A DNA stretch of 64,000 nt from Octopus vulgaris (lineage: Eukaryota). Numbering within the stretch: the first letter of the stretch is position 1; each line of letters starts with the position of its first letter. A program made the position numbers and the translations under genes. Shown here one piece after another: positions 59,425-64,000 of the stretch. Location: NCBI GenBank assembly GCA_951406725.2, contig OX597821.1:79794001-79858000 (forward strand), written 5' to 3'. A model generated the notes under the pieces. The model was not told where the DNA came from and ran no database searches. It saw only the letters and a program-made list of their open reading frames with translations.

Positions 59425-60087
59425 ATGATGGCTGACTCCTCGTTATCGAGTATGGCCATTGCACGAAGCTTAACTGTTATTGGTGCTGTGATCGAATGTG
59501 ACTTTTATTTGCTTTTTAAGGCTACAGCCAGCCATTCAGTTGAGACTCACAGCACCATCAACAATCATGAATAGTGTTGTTATCGTGCAATGCCTGTGCA
59601 GGAAGATTTTTTTAAAGTGAGGAAAGGCTGTGCACTGAGTCAATCCCACTCACTAAGCAACAGCAGCCATAATCCGAAAAGAACAAGTCAACATCATCGG
59701 CAACCACTGAACCGCAGGTTTTATGTCGGAGTTATCCCAGTTATCTGAGTTACCTTCTCCTAGAAGGATGCCCTAACAAAGGCTAGGAGTCCTTCACTTC
59801 CAATGGTTTAACCGCGCGATCGGGTATTCAGTCCGATTATTTCTATGTCCCCGCGCATGATACAGCCTTAAGCTTTAAGAAAAAAAAATTACACATTTAT
59901 TGGATGGCCGTTGACTCTCAAGAGTTCCTCCGACCTTTGACGGGTTTTGTTTTTCATCCCGCAGGGTATCCAATAAACACCCTCCTCACCAAGCAAGCTT
60001 GGTGGGGTAGCCAGTTTAGTCGCCGACGGTCCGACCATGCAACAGGTTGTTCTGGGTTACATGTTACCAGTAGCACTCGAAAGTGAC
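59425..60087 (-). mobile_element. Non-autonomous RTE-derived element
   Basis: 60087-59899 aligns with the RTE 5' UTR at 11300-11488; no RT/APE; (CATA)n on both flanks. Confidence 0.75.
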
Positions 60088-60112
60088 ATACATACATACA
60101 TACATACATACA

Positions 60113-60283
60113 TAGAGAAAACACAACAACGCGAGGACGTGGAACAAGTATAGTGTTATGGGACGCTCAGGAAAGGAAAGAAAGAAGGAGGATTTAACGT
60201 TTCGAGCGGAGCTCTTCGTCAAAAACATAGGAAAAGGAAAGATTCAAGGAAGGGAAGATGGAGGTAAAAAAATCGCCAGCGAT
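60113..60283 (-). mobile_element. Penelope-type terminal repeat with hammerhead motif (C3>U)
   Basis: Minus strand tTGACGA-a-gagc-tcc-gctc-GAAA-cgtt-aaat at 60192-60226. Confidence 0.65.
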
Positions 60284-60291
60284 ATACTTAC

Positions 60292-60585
60292 TAATATCTA
60301 ACAGTAGTAACAGAGGGTCTCAAGGTTCGAAAGTTTCGTGCGTTCGCACTTATCAGACTAGTTACAGATCGAAGAGCTGTGAGTTCATGCAGCTGTTCTA
60401 TAATAGATCGATTTTTAAAATCATCATTATTATGATTTTAAAATTCGGTCCAGAATAAACCAGAGGGAATTATATTTATAGTCAGCTAAATAAACTCACA
60501 GCTCTTCAACTTCTAACTAGTTTGGTAAGTGCCAACGCACGAAACTCTCGAAACTGAGTCATTCTGTTAGTTCTGCTAAATATTA
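60292..60585. repeat. ~95-bp imperfect foldback with hammerhead remnants
   Basis: Arms ~60292-60388 and ~60490-60585; ctcgaaactgagtca..ctgtta..tctgctaaa matches 46990-47030(-). Confidence 0.75.
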
Positions 60586-60602
60586 ATAAAAAATATACAA
60601 AG

Positions 60603-60640
60603 AGGCGCAGGTGTGGCTGTATGGTAAGAAGCTTGCTTCC
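60603..60640 (+). mobile_element. SINE family A head, split by insertion (resumes at 63091-63350)
   Basis: aggcgcaggtgtggctgtatggtaagaagcttgcttcc | caacaacatggttccgggttcagtccc reconstitutes the consensus. Confidence 0.88.
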
Positions 60641-63090
60641 GGTTCCGGTCGTGAAGTCGACTTCTTGACACAGAACGGTGAGGACGTGAGCGTTGAGCTC
60701 CGTCCTAAAAAGAAAAAAGAACAAAAACAGAGTAGGTTGTCGAGGTAGGTGATTTTGTTTATTGTGAGCTGGGCATAATTTATTGCGTGCGAATTATTTT
60801 TTCAGTAAATTGTGCCCAGCTCTGGGACAATTTCGCCTGCTCTCGGCGGCTGCTGTTTTTGTGCATTGAGAATCTATTGGATTCATTTTTGGTGGGCGTA
60901 TCCTCGTCTTCGGTTTACGTTGAGTGAATATTTTACTCAATTATGAGAATTATTGCTTGTATTGTGCATTTTGAAGAACTTTAATAATTGTGAAAACTGC
61001 TGTATGGGGGAGTATTTTGCATCCGAAGATTGAACAATTTGTATATCAATTTTTGTGGAAGTTGTGTTCCAGTTGTGGCGTTCCGGGTTCAACCTAGGCC
61101 GGGAGTACCGAATGGCCGGAAGATTTTTTTTTAATGTGTTCCTGAACAATTGACTTTCTTCTAAACTTTATTTGACTTTCTCCTTTTGTTTATTGTGACT
61201 TTCTTTTAATTTCTTTTTTCTTCTCGCTTTTTAAGTTTTATTTTGAATATATTTCTAAAAAAAAAACAAAAAAACATGGCAATGAAAAATGACAAAATTT
61301 TGGAATTGGAGATTATACCGCCTAAAAAGTGGTTAAAATACCGTGAAGATAGGACGGTGGTGTTGAGAACCTACTCCAAGGCACTCGACACCATCGCCCT
61401 ATTCGAAAAGACGGCAATTGAAAAGGGGTTGGCAGAGTATTTGCCAACAATTAAATTCATTTCCAGGGGTGTCAGATATGCAACGGTGTGGTTGCTATTT
61501 GACACCCCTGAAGAGGCTCGCAAATTTGTTAGTCAACCCCTGGAGGGTAAGGAAATTTTATTTCTTCCCACTTATCATGGGAAGAGGTGGGCGAAAGCTT
61601 GGATCTGCGGGCTGCCACCCGGGATAAAACCCGAGTGGATAGAGGAGACCTTCCACCGGGGTCTGGGTGGCAGCGGGACCAAGCTTCTTAATGTGAAAAT
61701 TCTTCCTGCGGCTGTTTGGGTTGGGTCAAAAGCAATTTTGACCCTTTGGACCCAATCAGCCAATCTGGTTTTTCCAGATTTTTTTAAAATGGCCGGGTGC
61801 AGGTACCCGGTGATACTTGAGGGTGCCCTCCCCCAGGTGCCATCGGTGCCTGGAGTCCGGCCATATAAAGAAAAACTGTCCCCGGGAACAAAATAAGATC
61901 CCGAAGCAGTTAAGTGAGACCCCTGTAGAAGAGGGAATGAAGACGGCCGAGGAAGCGGAGGACTCCTCAAACAGGGACCGAAAGAGGAAGAAGGTGAGCA
62001 ACAATGGGTGCTCACCAAAGGATACTAGGGATGAGGAGGGAAAGGCGAACCTTCCGGCCACGGAGGAGACGCACCCTCCCTCAGTTGAAAAGATAAAAAA
62101 GAGGAAGAGGAAGAGAAACGGGACATTGCCGGCAGTCGGTGACATAGTACCGGAATGTCCCGGAACTACGCCGGTTGGGGTTGTACCACCGACAGGAGAA
62201 GAAACACCGTTGGCGGGAACTGTGCCGCCAATGAAAGAATTGAATATCCCGCCCCCAGGGAAAGACGATGTATCGATCTTCTTCCATAGTGGCGGAGAGA
62301 TTGAAAAGGTGATGGAAAAGCACCATAAGGGAGCACCTTCAGCCTTCACACAGGACCCCGAATGGCCTCCGCAGATAGCTGTGGAGGCCACGACGTTCGA
62401 CGATACGTTTGAGCTGAAGGAGCTCAATGAGGAACATCGCTTGTTCCCGGGCAACGCTAACACGGAACTCGATGTGGTTTTGGAAGAGGCGTGGAGGATG
62501 GCAGAGGATGCGGGCACAAGTTATTTTGAGGATGAGTCATAAATTGTGGCACTGTGTGACACAAACATTTGATAATAGGCACTTCGCTTTCTTTCTGAAC
62601 TCCCCGGCTGTCAACGTGGTCTGCTCTGCAGGCGGCTAGATAGTTGACTGGAGGTCCGGAAAGAGGAGGAAGGGAGAAGTGATAATGTATTTTTTATGTT
62701 TGATAGGACATGTTTAGATACGACTTGAGGGGCCCCGACCTATAACTGGCGCATTGCCTAAGGGAAGTGTAAGCCATGTCTGGGAGGAGGGGCTTTGTGT
62801 ATTGTATTTATATTATATGTAAATATTGAACTATGTTGTTGTTTGTAATGGACTGTTAAGTCTAAAAATTGAAAAGTCGTAAAAGTTGTAAGAGGTTTAA
62901 TACCTCGTTTTGTGTTTGGTTTTAAAGAACAATGTTTTAGAGAAGCAGAAGTCGGCGGGCGCTTTTTGTCTTTTCCCATCCTTATCATCTTTCTTTCATT
63001 ATCATTCATTTCATTAATGTCCTCGTCCAGCCGGCAAAGCTATTTTACTCTATGTACTGCCTTCATAGCAAATGTAATGAAATAAAGAAA
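60641..63090 (+). mobile_element. ORF1-only (half-LINE-like) non-LTR element with TSD
   Basis: ~635-nt leader, gag-like ORF, ~550-nt trailer with AATAAA at 63081; duplication aagaa(g/a)cttgcttcc at 60626-60640 and 63085-63099. Confidence 0.8.
61276..62542 (+). CDS. Tx1/L1-type ORF1-like nucleic-acid-binding protein (RRM-like + CCHC knuckle + disordered tail), one frameshift
   Basis: Removing one C from the C5 run at 61830-61834 joins two ORFs into 421 aa with VILEGALPRCHRCLESGHIKKNCP. Confidence 0.75.
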
Positions 63091-63467
63091 CTTGCTTCCC
63101 AACAACATGGTTCCGGGTTCAGTCCCATTGCATGGCACCTTGGTCTTGTGTCTTCTACTGTAGCTACAGGTCAACCAAAGCCTTGTAAATGAAGTTGGTA
63201 GATGGAAACTGAAAGAAGCCCGTCGTATATATTTATGCGTGTGTTTGTGATTGTCCCGCCCACCACTATCGCTTGACAAATGATGCTAGGGTGTTTACGT
63301 CCTCGTAACTTAGCGGTTCGGCAAAAGAGACTTAGCGGTTCGGCAAAACAAGCCCCCACCCGGTCTAGGAATTGAGCTCATGAGGTTATAACTACCTTAC
63401 CACAAGGCGACGTATCTTCAATACACATGTGATAAGTGTATGTAAGTATGTATGTGTCTGTCTGCCT

Positions 63468-63588
<121 letters not shown>

Positions 63589-63623
63589 ATGTCTGTCTGT
63601 CTGTCCGTTCGTGTGTCTGTCTT

Positions 63624-63696
<73 letters not shown>

Positions 63697-63736
63697 ATAT
63701 CTATCTATCTACCTATCTATCTATATATCTGTCTAC

Positions 63737-63793
<57 letters not shown>

Positions 63794-63913
63794 CTCCACA
63801 TATATATATATATATATACATATATATACGTATACATGTATATATAATATAAAGAATATATATAAGCATATATACATACGTATATGTACATACTTACATC
63901 TATACGTATATAT

Positions 63914-63987
63914 CAGGTGGTGCTATTAAGTTAGACATGGCCTGGACCAATCTTTGGTCCAAACATATTTAAGTTTATCTAAGTTTA
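63914..63987 (+). mobile_element. CR1-clade 3' UTR only
   Basis: caggtggtgctattaagttagacatggcctggaccaat. Confidence 0.75.
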
Positions 63988-64000
63988 TACTTATATGCAT

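Noticed and set aside
61820-61840. Programmed frameshift in ORF1
   Set aside because: A single-base indel in a C5 run just before the knuckle is simpler (mutation or sequencing error)
61756-62517. 253-aa antisense ORF
   Set aside because: Shadow of the GC-rich ORF1 on the opposite strand

Overview
AT-rich, microsatellite-saturated eukaryotic DNA. The SINE families and TTAGGG relic suggest a coleoid cephalopod, probably Octopus (inference from recognition, not a search). I find no credible host protein-coding exon, tRNA gene, rRNA or CRISPR; almost all listed ORFs are translations of microsatellites. The window is mostly retroelements: tRNA-derived SINEs, a near full-length decayed RTE, CR1-clade, R4/Dong-clade, Tx1/L1-type and Penelope-type fragments, a mariner-type MITE and an interstitial (CCCTAA)n tract. 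Best leads: (1) a 2.45 kb ORF1-only (RRM-like + CCHC) element with a target-site duplication inside a SINE tRNA head, sharing its 3' terminus with a Tx1-type ORF2 fragment; (2) several type-I hammerhead ribozyme motifs, including one in a 356-bp terminally redundant retrozyme-like unit and one in a 230-bp foldback; (3) a LINE/SINE pair sharing a 3' stem-loop. All alignments and folds were done by eye, and boundaries of decayed elements are approximate.
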